Below, piece by piece: positions 36,736 to 49,060 of a stretch of DNA of 64,000 bases. Origin of the DNA: Anthoceros angustus (taxonomy: Eukaryota; Plantae; Anthocerotophyta). The first letter of the stretch is position 1. The number at the start of each line of letters is the position of its first letter. The notes beneath the pieces are model-generated. The model saw only the letters and a program-made list of their open reading frames with translations, ran no database searches and was not told the DNA's origin. Position numbers and translations under genes: made by a program. The stretch spans positions 248,001 to 312,000 of the forward strand of contig MU008191.1 of NCBI GenBank assembly GCA_010909165.1, given 5' to 3'.

Positions 36736-39440
36736 TCACTTTACAGCGTCAGTGAACATTGCACGCATCCAGTGCTCCACATCATCTGCGTGTGACGGAG
36801 GTGGAGGCCACTCCGGTCGCTCAACCATATCCCATCCATCAAACAATGTTTCCGCAACCTTCTGCATGACGTCGGTTAAGGCGGAAGAATCTGCCAGGTA
36901 GTAGTAGGAGCCGGTCGCCGTTGATATTGGGCTCTTCTGAAGAAACTACCAAGAGAACAAGCCGAAAGTTACTTTAAGCCTCCACCAAATAGAGAAGAAA
37001 AACTATTCCCATTGCCCATCAAGTGTCACCTCTGCTTGCTCTGTTGTCTTGTTCATCTCTGAAGTCCGAACGGCATCCAAAACAGGTTCTCTGCTGCTGC
37101 TGCTGACGGAATGCTGAGAACCGCCCGGAGATCTGAAGTTGCTTAGGATCACACTTCGCGAGTTAATACACACACATATATTCCCACAGCTAAAACTAGT
37201 GACTTAACTGGAGAATGGACTGTAAGATCAGGTCATGAGCAATTCCCCTAAAATTGTACACAAGTGGTGTATCACCTACCTGATCCTTGGTTGTTTTGTT
37301 GTCAGTACCGTCAAGAGCTCAAAGAAGGCCCCAAAAGTTGAAGAGTCTGAAGGGGCAGGTAAAGAAACAGACACATGGAGATATGACAATAAACATGCCA
37401 TGCTTCTCTTCAGCGTCTGTAAACCTTGCCGTAAATCTCTGTCATATTCGCTAAATGTGGAGTTTCCTCCATGTGTTGGAAGTGGAGAACCTGAATCAGC
37501 CAACGGCCTGCTCACTGCAGAGAATCCTAGATCCCGGGCGCTCTCCCTAACGGAATCCATGCTTGGCTTGTCCACAGCAGAGAATCCTAAAAATTGCATA
37601 CTTTCGCTGTCCACACATCCTGTGTCCAAATTGTTCGTTGCTCTAGTACCAAATGGAATGAACAAAGTATATTCTTCACTGCATACAGGCGTCAAACCCC
37701 TCTCAATACAGACAAATCTGGACACCACAGAAAATAAACAACGTAGATAAACCGCCGCCAAAAACATTTTCCCTTTTCCTTTGCCTGTGCCCCACCAGCC
37801 AGCTGAAAGATTGGTTACCTTCGAGAAGTTGGCCGTGCATCCCAATAAGAAGCTCTCTGCCAGACCCGTGATGATGATGCCTGGTCATTTTGTCATGATA
37901 TCAGATACAGCGAACTATTTCTAGCCGTATTGTTCACAGAGCTTGACACATTAAAGACCTCACTGCAGCCCAATTGATGAAGATGGACTAACCGCATATG
38001 CAGCACTGTGCAGGAGAGGAGCAGACAAGTAGCGAGCAGCAAGTGTCAGTAGCTGCACTACGTACCTGCCAAGCCGATCACTATGTAAGTCCACACCCAC
38101 ATGATAACATCATGCAGAAACCAAGCAAAATCACTGCAAAGTATGATATCCACGTGATTGCAGAGAGATGACCATACCCTAAAGATGCAGCAAGCTCAGC
38201 TGGTGGAACAGAGTGAGGATCCTCTTCATGGGGCAAACGGGCGGAGCAAATCTGTAGAGCTGTATCTCCATCACGTTTTCCTCGGCCATCAGAACCACCC
38301 TGGAATACAACAGGTCGATGACACATCCCACCATTTTCAAAGCTTGCTTCTGAGTCTAAATCCTTGGTGCCCTCTGTAGACTGAGTCAGAAACTTTGAGA
38401 AAGCAAAGAATAATCCAACCAGCAGGTTTCAGAACTGACTTGAGGCTGAAACGGTAAAGCCTTGCAAAGCAGCCTGATGACAAACCTCCATCTCTTCAGC
38501 AGCTCATTCATAGCTACCGTCTGCTGGTGACACACACATTAGCTTCTCGAAAATGTGCAATTAGGAAGTGGCTGCGACTCTGACAATAGCCGGGATCCGG
38601 ATATTACCAATTCAGGAGACTCTGCAGGGGTCGGCTCCGAGCGATTCTGTCCAAGCTGTTCCATCCGCTTGGCAAGAAGCTGCACAAGGTCGACAGCCGA
38701 CTGTTATGCCGACTAATGCTTAGGGCTTCAAAAATGTGCCTCAAGGTACAACCACCTTTACCGTCTTAGATGCTTCACTCAGTAACTCTGTGCGAGAAGT
38801 TAACTCAATCTTCTTCATCCGCAACGTTTTCCTCACTGTCGAAAGCATGAAAAATCGTCCGTCAGTGCAAAGAAGAAATGACTCGAGCGCCATCCTTTTT
38901 CAAACCACCGGACCGTGAACAAAACGAAACCATGACCACACCTTCCGGCAAATCCCTCGTCAAAATCTCAAGCTGCTCCACAAGCTTTTCCTTACGATCT
39001 TCATGCTCCACCCGCCAGCGACGCTGCCTGTCTGCTTCACTCTGGCCACCATCAAACACACGGGTTCAGAACAAACACCTCCTCCCGATCGCACACCGGT
39101 CTGCAAACTCGCCACCACCAAACATTGCAGAATTCGTGCCGGACAACCTTATTCCCCAGCTCAGCAGTGAGAATCCCCTTCAGAGCATCCTGCTTCATGC
39201 GCAACTGCCTCAGTTCCCTGTACCGTTCCACCAGACTGGCAATCCGCAACACCACCAACAACATAGAATCAGCAATCCAGGGTTACGCTACATCCACCAG
39301 CACCGGAAATCCAAACTGACGCCTTGCTGCCGGAAGGAAGCGAAATTCGCAGCACGGCACCTGGAATTGACGCATGCAACGCATTCCGAGGGCTGGTTCC
39401 CCATCTCGCACACCCCGCAGGTCCAGCCACGCCTCGCCAT
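36736..39440 (-). CDS. ATG14: Autophagy PI3K complex subunit ATG14 (multi-exon)
   Basis: N-terminal MARRGWTCGVCEMGNQPSECVACVNSR (two CxxC) and a coiled coil. Further motifs: ARLPHEEDPHSVPPAELAASLG|YVVQLL, SSRVWQRASYWDARP, EYTLFIP and C-terminal DGWDMVE..PPPPSHADDVEHWMRAMFTDA. Confidence 0.92.
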
Positions 39441-39805
39441 CGCGCTTGCCTGCCTCCCCTCCGTCCTCGGCCGGGAGGAGCTTGTCCATGTTCCAAGGAA
39501 GCCGAATGCAAACTGACTTTCACTTCGATATAGCTTGTTACGCAGTTATCCAGTTACTTCTTTTCTCCGAAATTGGTTAGATCCTATAAAACCCTATATA
39601 TGAGCTTTTCCTTAGCTTCTAATATATACTGAGATTCAGGGTTTAGTATGGCGGCGTCTATGCCCGGCTGAAGGCGTTTTCTGTGAGCCTTGCCTGGCCG
39701 TCTCCGACGTCTCGAATCGTGGCCTTGCGAATCACAACCCTCGGGGATTGAAGAAGTGATGATTCTGAGACGGCAGAGGAGTGAAAATCGAACTATCTGC
39801 TGGAG

Positions 39806-42800
39806 ATGGGCTTGAAGATGAATTCCTCCATGGAGGAATCGCTGAAGCTCGCACAGGGCCCGCTTCTGTGCAACGAAGAGTACATCCGGGCTGTGGAGGC
39901 GGCTGTGGTGGCAGCAGGCAATGGGGCTGGAAAAGGAGAGCTTGGGAAGGACTGGGGGGCTGCATTGAGGAGGTTGCTTGTGGTGAGAAGGAATCCTCCG
40001 CTTGCCCTGTGGTGGGCTTTCAGCTGCGTGGAAGGGGGCGTGGTGGGTTCTCTCGCTGAGGGTTTGGAGGAGGCTTCCGGGCTGGTGTCCTCGGCTTCGA
40101 GCTTGTTGCACTCGCTCAAGTCCTTTAGCGTTGGGAATGCGGACCGGGAGACAGCCATCGCGATTCTGGCCCCGGTCTTGGGGGCCATTTTCCAGGTGAC
40201 GGAGGCGGTGAGCAAGTCTGTGGGCATGCTGGGGCGGGCGGGGCTGCCGGAGGCCGTGGAGGGAGTTGGGAAGAAGAGGAGGAAGATGGCCAAGAGGGTG
40301 CGGGACCTGGTCAGGGAAGTGCGCTGCTTTGTGGTGCTGTGCGAGCGGTGGGAGGTGGGGTGGTCCGATTCCGGCCCGCCGCTTGCTCCGGAATTCAGGA
40401 TGTCGTTTTCGTCCGTCTTGGCTGTGAATGGGGTGAAGGAGGTGATGCCGCATCCGGCGTCGTTTGTGAAGTTTCCTGTCTGTGCTCGAGCGCGTCTAGC
40501 GTTAGCGGGTGGGGAGGATGTTTCGGGGAAGACGCTGGCCGATATTGTCTGCGCGGAGGTGGTTCTGCTGCAGCTTTTGGTGGAGATCATCGACTGGCGC
40601 AGCAGGCTGAAGAAGCAGAAAAAGGATTTTGAGTCTGGAATCCAAGAGCTGATAGGAAAGCTCAAGCACATTGCGGTGCATGCTGCTGCAGCTGCAGGAT
40701 CTTCGGGCGGGTTGGATGCGCTTGTGGAGATGCTTCTTGATCACCATCTGCCTGTTGGGGATGTACTGGTGTGCTCTTGAAACTGTCTATCAACAGTGGT
40801 TCTTTGCTTTCCCTTTGGTTGTGCCATCGTCGTTTGTCCTAATGTCGTTTGTCCTAATGATGCAGGATGCCCAAGAGGAGACCGTTCTTCGAGGAGTGTT
40901 GTATGAAGCGGTCTTGGTTGAGCCACCGTTTACTGCAACGTCCAGAACGAAATCGACTACCAAGCAGCAGCCTATATCGTTTTTGAGGAAGCTGGCTGTC
41001 GCCAGGCTTGCTGTTGCATTGTTCAGGTTGGGAGAGATGGTGGTGCTTTATGCAGTTAGTGTATTTGTGCCGAGTGTTTCGTCAAGTAAGAGTTGAGCAA
41101 TGCATACTGAAAGCGTCTGTTCCAATGCCCACCAGGTCGAAGAATGAAGGTAGCAGAGCAGCTTCCCTTCAAGAGAAGATGATGCTGACGATGGTACCTC
41201 CTCATTTTTTGGAGTGGGCCAAAGCCCTGGAGACTGATCGAAAGCCTTCCTCAGCATTGCTGCGCGATAAGAAATCAGTCCTGGGTAGGAGTTGTTTGTG
41301 TCTTCTTGATTTCTCAGGGTTATGTTGGTCTGTGACACTTTCTTTGATGCTTGAAGGCAGTGGCTGACAATTGGTTGTGCTTGTCAGGTTGGCTTATGAA
41401 GACTATGGATGATGCCTCGTTCAATAAGCTTCTGGAGGAACAGGAAAAGTCCGTAGCCGGTCTTGATTTTTTCGATGCAGTAGAGGCTGGGAGCAGAAAA
41501 GGCATTTTCTTTTATGACAGGCAAGGTGAGCCGATTGAATCCCGTGAGGAGGAGGAATTGGCATTGGAGGATGCAGATAGGGCCTTCGCCTCTGCTGCAG
41601 ATAGCATCAAGCAATCCAACGAGCCTGTGCCGGGTCAAAAGACATCTGAGGAAGTGAATGAATCAGCTTCCGATTCGAGTGATGGCGACGGTGAGGCTGC
41701 TGATACAATGGAGGATGACGATGATGCAGAGAGGGCAAGTAACCTAAAAAGGCCTCGACAAGAGCTTTCGTCCACAGCAATTTTGTTAAGTTCAGGTGAG
41801 GAGAGCGATGATGTCACTGAGATGTCTGAAAGGAAAGCCAAAAAGTTGAGACGTGGGGAAAGCGACAAGGACTTGACAAGTATGTCGATTGAGGATGTCA
41901 ACGACCAAGTGCAAGAGCTGGAATCCAGAAAGTTGGGTGCGGAGGTAAAAGACAGCTCTATGGTGGACTTGACAGATTCTGCTGGACAGCAGCAGTCCAC
42001 ACCGGAGAGCCAAGGAGACGTCTCATCCGATGTGGTGCAGAGGGCATCTGAGTCACCCGTTGTGGAGCGAGACCAAAGCAGTTCAGCAGTATGTGGCCCA
42101 AGTAAAAGTAGACCCAAGGCAGAGGACGTACCTGAAGGTCATGGGACTAACGAAGGCAGTAGTTTTCAGCAGGGAGAAGATGCTGGTCATGAGACTTCCG
42201 TCGATCTGAATGAGGAGTCCACCCCAGTAAAGCAAGGAAGGGTAATCAGAAAAGGTGGGAGTACACCCAAGTCTTCCATGAAAACAGCTTCGAAGCGAAA
42301 TGGAGGCCCAGAAGTTGTGGCGACTCCAAGGAAGATATACATGACAAGAGCCAAGCAAGAGCTTGAGGAAGCGTCTCTTGAGAAGTTGATGACCATCCAC
42401 GAGAATGGAATGAATGCCATCCATGAGTTGGACAACGCAGTTTCTACAGTTGAAGTAGAAGGCCAAGAGTTCACAACAACCTCCACGGAAGCCCCTGAAT
42501 GCTCCCCTGAAAAAACAAGCGACGCACATGGCGATGTGCCGGATATTGAGCCTGTAGCTATCAAGAAGAGAACGTCTCCAAGGTTGAAAAGGCAAGACCA
42601 ATCGGTCAGTCCATTGCCTTCATCCAGAAAAGCATCTCAAGATGGAGCAGAAAGTTCTGCCCCATCCATGAAAGAAGGGCCAGTTCCAGCGAAACAACAC
42701 CAAAATAGAGAGAAGACTCCTGAGCTTGTGCCTGGCTCGGATGGTTTTGCAACCCCTCTTACAGGTACTCGACGAAGAAAGAGGCAAGCAGAAATAGAGT

Positions 42801-42940
42801 TGCCAGATCAAATAGAACCTCGTGTCACAAGAAGTGGGAGAGTACTGGGGCTAACACCGACTGTGGAGAGGAGTAGCAAGAAGGGTAGGAAGGGAAAACC
42901 ATTGATTCTTGAGCCATTGTTGGATACAACAGCTGAATGA
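39806..42940 (+). CDS. Unknown protein: helical N-terminal domain plus a long acidic/basic disordered tail with NLS-like motifs (about 4 exons)
   Basis: Long ORFs 39806..40780 and 41351..42940 are joined by plausible GT-AG introns (~40771-40865, ~41027-41134, ~41285-41388). I do not recognise the family. Confidence 0.75.
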
Positions 42941-43719
42941 AGGTTCTTGGTACGACGGAAGTGTGACAATTCTTTTCTTGGAGTCCGTTAATTGTGTACT
43001 TCTGGTTCCCGAGGGATGATCTTGCAGGTTCTGCTCCCTTGCCAATGGCCTTGGGAATTGCTGACCACATTGCGCATCCATCCATGTGCAGACAGGGCCA
43101 CCAACATCGTTGCTTTACCAGCCTGTGCCCGCTGTCTCAGATGCCTCATGAGTCATGACCCATGTAGATAAAATAGCACACAAGCTATGGCTGTTAATTG
43201 TGGCCTAGACTCCATGACGTTCGGCAGAAATCGACCAGAGAACATAGGACACTGGCATTCTGGGATTCTGGGATTGGGATTGCTGGGTTCTGGAAATCCC
43301 AGATGGGTTGCTGGGTTCTGGGACTTATTGTTACCGGCCACTCTCGCGGTCTCGGGGTTGGGCTGTAATTAGTGTAAGAGTGTGGGACAGGTGGTTCTTG
43401 ATGGAGCTAGACACTAAAATAGAGATTTTATTAAAGAGAAGAGATGGAAAATCTATCTAACCTGAACCCAGGGGGATAACTCGCCATGGGCTATAATAAA
43501 TGGTTTTTAATGGAGCTAGACATTAAAATAGAGACTGTATTGAAAAGAAGAAATGAGTAAGCAGGGTGTGGCATGGCTGGGTCTGAACACCACATTAAAA
43601 TTAGCAAACACCTTCAAAAAAAGCCTAAAAAAAAAGCAAATATGCATTATTGCCCAAAAAAAACTATAACCCCTTTTAACTATAACCCCTTGTTGCCAGA
43701 GAAACTCCATTCTACCCAA

Positions 43720-44497
43720 ACATTATTATATCCTCAATGTCCTCGCTCTAGATCCCGTGCTCTATATCTTGATAGTTGCTAAAATCCGGATAGTATATCT
43801 CCTCAATGTCCTCGCTGTAGATCCCGTCCTCTATATCTTCATAGGTGCTAACCTCCGGATAATATATATCCTCAATTCCTCCGGATTGTATATCTCCTCA
43901 ATGTCCTCCGTGTAGATCCCATTCTCTATATCTTGATAGGTGCTGACCTCCGGATAGTATATATTCTCTATGTCCTCGTTGTAGATCGCATGCTCCATAT
44001 CTTGAAAGTTGCTAACCTCCGAATAGAATATCTCCTCAATTTCCTCGCTATAGATCATGTCCTCGTTGTAGATCCAATCCTGATTGTAGATAAAATCCTC
44101 TAGATCTTCATAGTTGGTAACCTCCGGACAATATATCTTTTCAATGTCCTCACTGTAAATCATGTTTTCTAGATCTTGATAGATGCTAGCCTCCAAATTT
44201 TCCTCAATTTTCTCGCTGTTGATCCCATCTTCTGCAACGTTTGCAGATGGTGTTGAGTCGGATACGTACGCTTGCTCGTTGTGTTGATACGCAGGACTAC
44301 CTACAAGTTCGAGAGAAACATAATCCATACAGCTGTCCGTTTGCTCGTTGTGCGGCTCATCATATAGCCCTAATTCTGTATAAGGATGTCTAAAGTGATT
44401 GTTCTCAACACGATCGGCAAAATCACCAGCCATGGTTCTTCCACACTTGTCCTATGCCAAGTGAAGGCGCTGCGGCAATATTATTGAGGTTTTCACG
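43720..44497 (-). pseudogene. Shorter, frameshifted copy of the Tyr/Glu/Asp/Ile-rich 23-aa repeat gene
   Basis: ORF 43831..44433 is homologous to 46729..48483, and the upstream 44430-44610 is nearly identical to 48420-48600. A deletion near 43870 shifts the frame. Confidence 0.75.
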
Positions 44498-44689
44498 CCA
44501 CAAAATATAAAAGAAGGTTTCTAAACCATATCAAAATTCTCCTTCTGCACAATGTGTAGTGAAATAAGAGAATTGCAAGATCTAAGACAAAGACCTGGTT
44601 AGCACATGTCACATGCTGCCGAGTGGCACGCCTTCGCAGTTTGAATGAACGCGTTTGTCATGCCCCCACCAAATAACCCCTATCAAATT

Positions 44690-45145
44690 ACGCAATCTAT
44701 AATATGAGAGCCACGTCATCGATTCCCTGTTACAAATGAGCTCTAATCATATTTTTGAAATTAAAACTAATAATAAAGACTTTTGAAGAAATAAACATCA
44801 AATTTTAAATTTTGAGAAAAAGATTTTACAATGTAATATATAACAAAGGAGCCACGTCATCAATCCACTCCTGCAAATGGCCTCCAATCATATTTTTTAT
44901 GATTAGTAATAATAACAGAGAGTTCAAAAAATTAAGGACACATTTTGAGAAAAATGCTTTAGAAAGTAATCTACAACAATGGAGCCACATCATCAATTGT
45001 TGTAAATAGCCTCCAATCATATTTTTGTGATTAATAATAATAATAATAATAAAGAGTTAAAATAAATAAAATTTTTTGAGAAAAATGTTTTACAACGTAA
45101 TCTACAATAAGGAAGCCATGTCATCAATCGCTATTGTAAATGGCG
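44690..45145. repeat. Second array of the ~128-bp minisatellite (about 3.5 units)
   Basis: Same aatctacaac..ggagccacgtcatcaat..aaatggcctccaatcatattttt unit as at 17976-18512. Confidence 0.9.
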
Positions 45146-45217
45146 CCTTTCAAGAATTAGAAGGGCTGCTTGCTACAGCAGAGACAACTGTGGGGAAAGG
45201 CCAACAAGCCAGCAAAA

Positions 45218-45420
45218 GGGCATGAGGTCTTCCCTAGTGATGAGGAAGAACTGATCACCAAACCCCATAAGCGAGGTCATCCCGTCAGTATAGTCCAGGG
45301 CCTATACTCTTCATATGATTCAAGGTACTTGCGCACCCATCGATCTACAGGATTTAAGTCAAACCCAAGGGCCACAGAAGAAAAAGGAGAAAGGAACAAC
45401 GAAGGGATTAGAAACCTCAA
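45218..45420 (+). pseudogene. Extreme C-terminal tail of the MTase-like gene, copy 2
   Basis: HEVFPSDEEELITKPHKRGH and the downstream catatgattcaagg..gaaaaaggagaaagga match 50190-50397. Confidence 0.75.
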
Positions 45421-46457
45421 AGAAACAAGTCGAGGAGCAAAACTCACCCCTAGTAGTTAGAGATCCGTGCACCTGGGACATTCAACATTTAGAGACATTC
45501 GGCGTGGGCGCAGCTGGAAGTGCAAACCCTACAGATCTTATTCTCGGAGTTCACGACCCTCAACTACATCCTTTGAACGATGACACTATCATCCCGAGGT
45601 CAGAAAGACAACCTTCTGAAGACTTACATGAGACAGAGTAGTGCCAGTATTATGGGTTGTGCATTTAGGGTTAGGGCGCGCACAAGTTTGCGCACCAAAA
45701 GGTAACCTTTTTTTTAGATATAAACTAGACCCTAAAATGGTTTAGGGTTTCAAGTCGTCCTTATTGCTCTATATTGTCATAATATATATTATTTGAAATC
45801 AACTACACCTACACAGGAGTAAAAACAACTAGGATGCTTCAGAACAGCCGATTTTGTTGCAGATTTTCAAGGGTGCAAATTGGGGTCTGCTCAAGTCCAT
45901 GTGCAAGAAAGGGTTACCAAAGAAACCCCTTTCTACCCAGACACTGTCACATCCTCAATATCCTCGTTGTACATCCCGTGTTCTATATCTTGATAGTTGC
46001 TAACCTCGAATAGTATATCTCCTTAATGTCCTCACTGTGGATCCCAAAACATCATAATTTTTGAAGAGGGTGAATGATTTCGAAGGGGGTTTTCCGTAAA
46101 TAATCTCTGAAGGGGGTTTTTGATGGGCCCTAAAACAGCGTTTTTAAGGCATTCCAGAAGAAAACATCTCCAAAAAAAAGGGTGTCACCCATTAAAGTTC
46201 CTACTTTCCATCCAGCAATGTTTTTGTCAAATGGTGGTTGCAAACTCGAACCTATGGGATTAATGCAAAGTAGGAACGGTAAGAAAGCCATTCCTGCCGG
46301 GAAGGGACGACTGTAAATTCAGTTTTGGGAGGAAAATGTGGTTTAGTAAGGACACAACAAAAGCCACGGACAGGGTATTTCCAAAACACAGTAACATCTG
46401 GAATCCAGACGTATAAAATTCACTCTGGGACCCCGGGACAAACCGTGATTTCAGTTT

Positions 46458-46680
46458 CACTCATCACCAAAGTTCAATCCTTCGTCATCACTTGGTCCAG
46501 CTTCTCCAGCATTGTCATCACTATCTTGGTACACTTTGACTCAGAGTATGAAGCCGCGCAACTCGCAGCTTATCCCTTATCGCTTTTTGTCCACCGCATA
46601 CACATGTTTCATGCTCAACACAAACCCCATGTCTGGGATGGTGTTTCATTCACAAACACCTCCTGTATGTTTTTTGGGTA
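46458..46680 (-). pseudogene. Third remnant of the DUF7869-family transposase C-terminus
   Basis: My translation across frameshifts gives YPKNIQEVFVNET/..GFVLSMKHVYAVDKK/AIRDKL/ELRGFI plus an acidic tail. It matches FPKNIQEIHINDTVILYYGFNLTTRKHLYANDKRAIKEKLNEIHGFI at ~15085-15225. Confidence 0.8.
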
Positions 46681-46728
46681 ATGGACCTTCTAGAAGTTGG
46701 CAACTTCTATATCTTGATAGGTGCTAAT

Positions 46729-48483
46729 CTACGGATAGTATATATTCTCAATGTCCTCGTTGTAGACCCCGTGCTCTATATCTTTATAGTTGCTAACCTC
46801 CGGATAGTATACCCCCTCAATGTTCTCGCCGTAGATCCCGTCCTCTGTATCTTGATAGGTGCTAACCTCCGGATAGTATGTATCCTCAATGTCCTCGTTG
46901 TAGATCCCGTGCTCTCTATCTTGATAGTTGCTAACATTTGGATAGTATATCTCCTCAATGTCCTCGCTGTAGATCCCGACTTCTATATCTTGATAGGTGC
47001 TATCTTTTGAATAGTATATATCTTCAATGACCTCGTTGTAAATCCCGTGCTCTATATCTTGATAGTTACTAACCTCTGGATTGTATATCTCCTCAATGTC
47101 CTCGCTGTAGATCCCAACTTCTATATCTTGATAGGTGCTATCCTTCAAATAGCATATATCTTCAATTACCTCGTTGTAGATCCCGTGCTCTATATCTTGA
47201 TAGTTACTAACCTCTGGATAGTATATCTCCTCAATGTCCTCGCTGTAGATCCCGTGCTCTCTATCTTGATAGTTGCTAACATTTGGATAGTATATCTCCT
47301 CAATGTCCTCGCTGTAGATCCCGACTTCTATATCTTGATAGGTGCTATCTTTTGAATAGTATATATCTTCAATGACCTCGTTGTAAATCCCGTGCTCTAT
47401 ATCTTGATAGTTACTAACCTCTGGATTGTATATCTCCTCAATGTCCTCGCTGTAGATCCCAACTTCTATATCTTGATAGGTGCTATCCTTCAAATAGCAT
47501 ATATCTTCAATTACCTCGTTGTAGATCCCGTGCTCTATATCTTGATAGTTACTAACCTCTGGATAGTATATCTCCTCAATGTCCTCGCTGTAGATCCCGT
47601 CCTCTATATCTTGATAGGTGCTAACCTCTGGATAGTATATATACTCAATATCCTCATTGTAGATCCTGTGCTCTATATCTTGATAGTTGCTAACCTCCGA
47701 ATAGTATATCTCCTCAATGTTCTTGATGTACATCCCGACTTCTATATCTTGATAGGTACTAACCTCCGGATAGTATATATCCTCAATGTCCTTGTTGTAG
47801 ATCACGTGCGCTATATCTTGATAGTTGCTAACCTCCGGATAGTATATCTCCTCAATTTCCTCGTTGTAGATCCCGTCCTCTATATCTTGATAGGTGCTAA
47901 CCTCCGGATAGTATATATCCTCAATGTCCTCGTTGTAAATCACATGCTCTATATCCTGATAGTTGCTAACCTCCGGATAGTATATCTCCTCAATGTCCTC
48001 GCCGTAGATCCTGTCCTCTAGATCTTGATAGTTGGTAACCTCCGGACAATATATCTCTTCAATGTCCTCACCGTAGATAATGTTTTCTATATCTTGATAG
48101 ACGCTAGCCTCCAAATTTTCCTTTATTTTCTCGCTGTTGATCCCATCTTCTGCAACGTTTGCAGCTAGTGTTGAGTCGAATACGCACGCTTGCTCGTTGT
48201 GTTGATACGCAAGACTGTCTAGAAGTTCGAGAGGAACATAATCCATACAGCTGTCCGTTTGCACGTTGTGTTGATACGCAAGACATTCTGGAAGTTCAAG
48301 AGGAACATAGTCCATATAGCCGTCCACTTGCTCGTTGAGTGGCTCATCATATAACCCTAATTCTGCATAAGGATCTCCAAAGTGATTGTTCTCAACACGA
48401 TTGGCAAAACCACCACCCATGGTTCTTCCACACTTGTCACATGCCAAGTGAAGGCGCTGCGGCAATATTATTGAGGTTTTCAC
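46729..48483 (-). CDS. Putative acidic Tyr-rich repeat protein, ~20 x 23-aa units (YPEVSNYQDIEHGIYNEDIEEIY)
   Basis: 584-codon ORF built on a diverged 69-bp repeat with a 345-bp higher-order unit. There is no signal peptide, and expression is unproven. Confidence 0.55.
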   Translation of the reverse strand: MKTSIILPQRLHLACDKCGRTMGGGFANRVENNHFGDPYAELGLYDEPLNEQVDGYMDYVPLELPECLAYQHNVQTDSCMDYVPLELLDSLAYQHNEQACVFDSTLAANVAEDGINSEKIKENLEASVYQDIENIIYGEDIEEIYCPEVTNYQDLEDRIYGEDIEEIYYPEVSNYQDIEHVIYNEDIEDIYYPEVSTYQDIEDGIYNEEIEEIYYPEVSNYQDIAHVIYNKDIEDIYYPEVSTYQDIEVGMYIKNIEEIYYSEVSNYQDIEHRIYNEDIEYIYYPEVSTYQDIEDGIYSEDIEEIYYPEVSNYQDIEHGIYNEVIEDICYLKDSTYQDIEVGIYSEDIEEIYNPEVSNYQDIEHGIYNEVIEDIYYSKDSTYQDIEVGIYSEDIEEIYYPNVSNYQDREHGIYSEDIEEIYYPEVSNYQDIEHGIYNEVIEDICYLKDSTYQDIEVGIYSEDIEEIYNPEVSNYQDIEHGIYNEVIEDIYYSKDSTYQDIEVGIYSEDIEEIYYPNVSNYQDREHGIYNEDIEDTYYPEVSTYQDTEDGIYGENIEGVYYPEVSNYKDIEHGVYNEDIENIYYP

Positions 48484-48784
48484 GCCACAAAATATAAAAG
48501 AAGGTTTCTAAACCATATCAAAATTCTCCTTCTGCACAATGTGTAGTGAAATAAGAGAATTGCAAGATAGAAGACAAAGAGCTGTTTAGCACATGTGACA
48601 AGATGCAAGATAGCACTACTAAGCATATAGAATCAAACAAACCTCAAACACACCCCTAAGGACCTTTATAGTGGAGAGTAAGCAAGAACCTAACATTATA
48701 GGTAGAGCTAATATAGTACTCTACACATATAGTATTATGGTCTATATATAGGAGCATAGCCATAAGGGCCCTCATGTAGGACAA

Positions 48785-49060
48785 TGAGGTACACTAATGA
48801 GGAAGCTAATATAGTAGGTACCTGAATGTGGTATAGTAATACCTTCTAGGTGGAAGGACTTTCTGCAGCAAAACAGGGTTACGGCCAAAATCCGGTATTT
48901 TTTTGGACGAAAATACGCTTTAGGGAAAGCATATGTTCGCCCCAAAAAATATCGGATTTTGCCGTAACCCCTTTTTGCTGAGAAATTCCTTCCACCTAGA
49001 ACGTATTACTATACCACATTCAGGTACCTACTATGTTAGCTTCCTCATTAGTGTAACTCA
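48785..49060. repeat. Long fold-back inverted repeat (~120-bp arms, ~40-bp loop)
   Basis: tacactaatgaggaagctaatatagtaggtacctgaatgtggtatagtaatac (48790) pairs with gtattactataccacattcaggtacctactatgttagcttcctcattagtgta (ending 49055). Confidence 0.93.

Noticed and set aside
46681-48021. Hydrophobic plus-strand ORFs (MLYILIVTNLWIVYLLNV...) as membrane proteins
   Set aside because: They are antisense shadows of the 69-bp repeat and are broken by periodic stops.
46729-48483. Tyr-rich repeat ORF as a burpitide or sulfated-peptide precursor
   Set aside because: There is no signal peptide and no BURP domain or modifying enzyme in the window, and the context is transposon-like.
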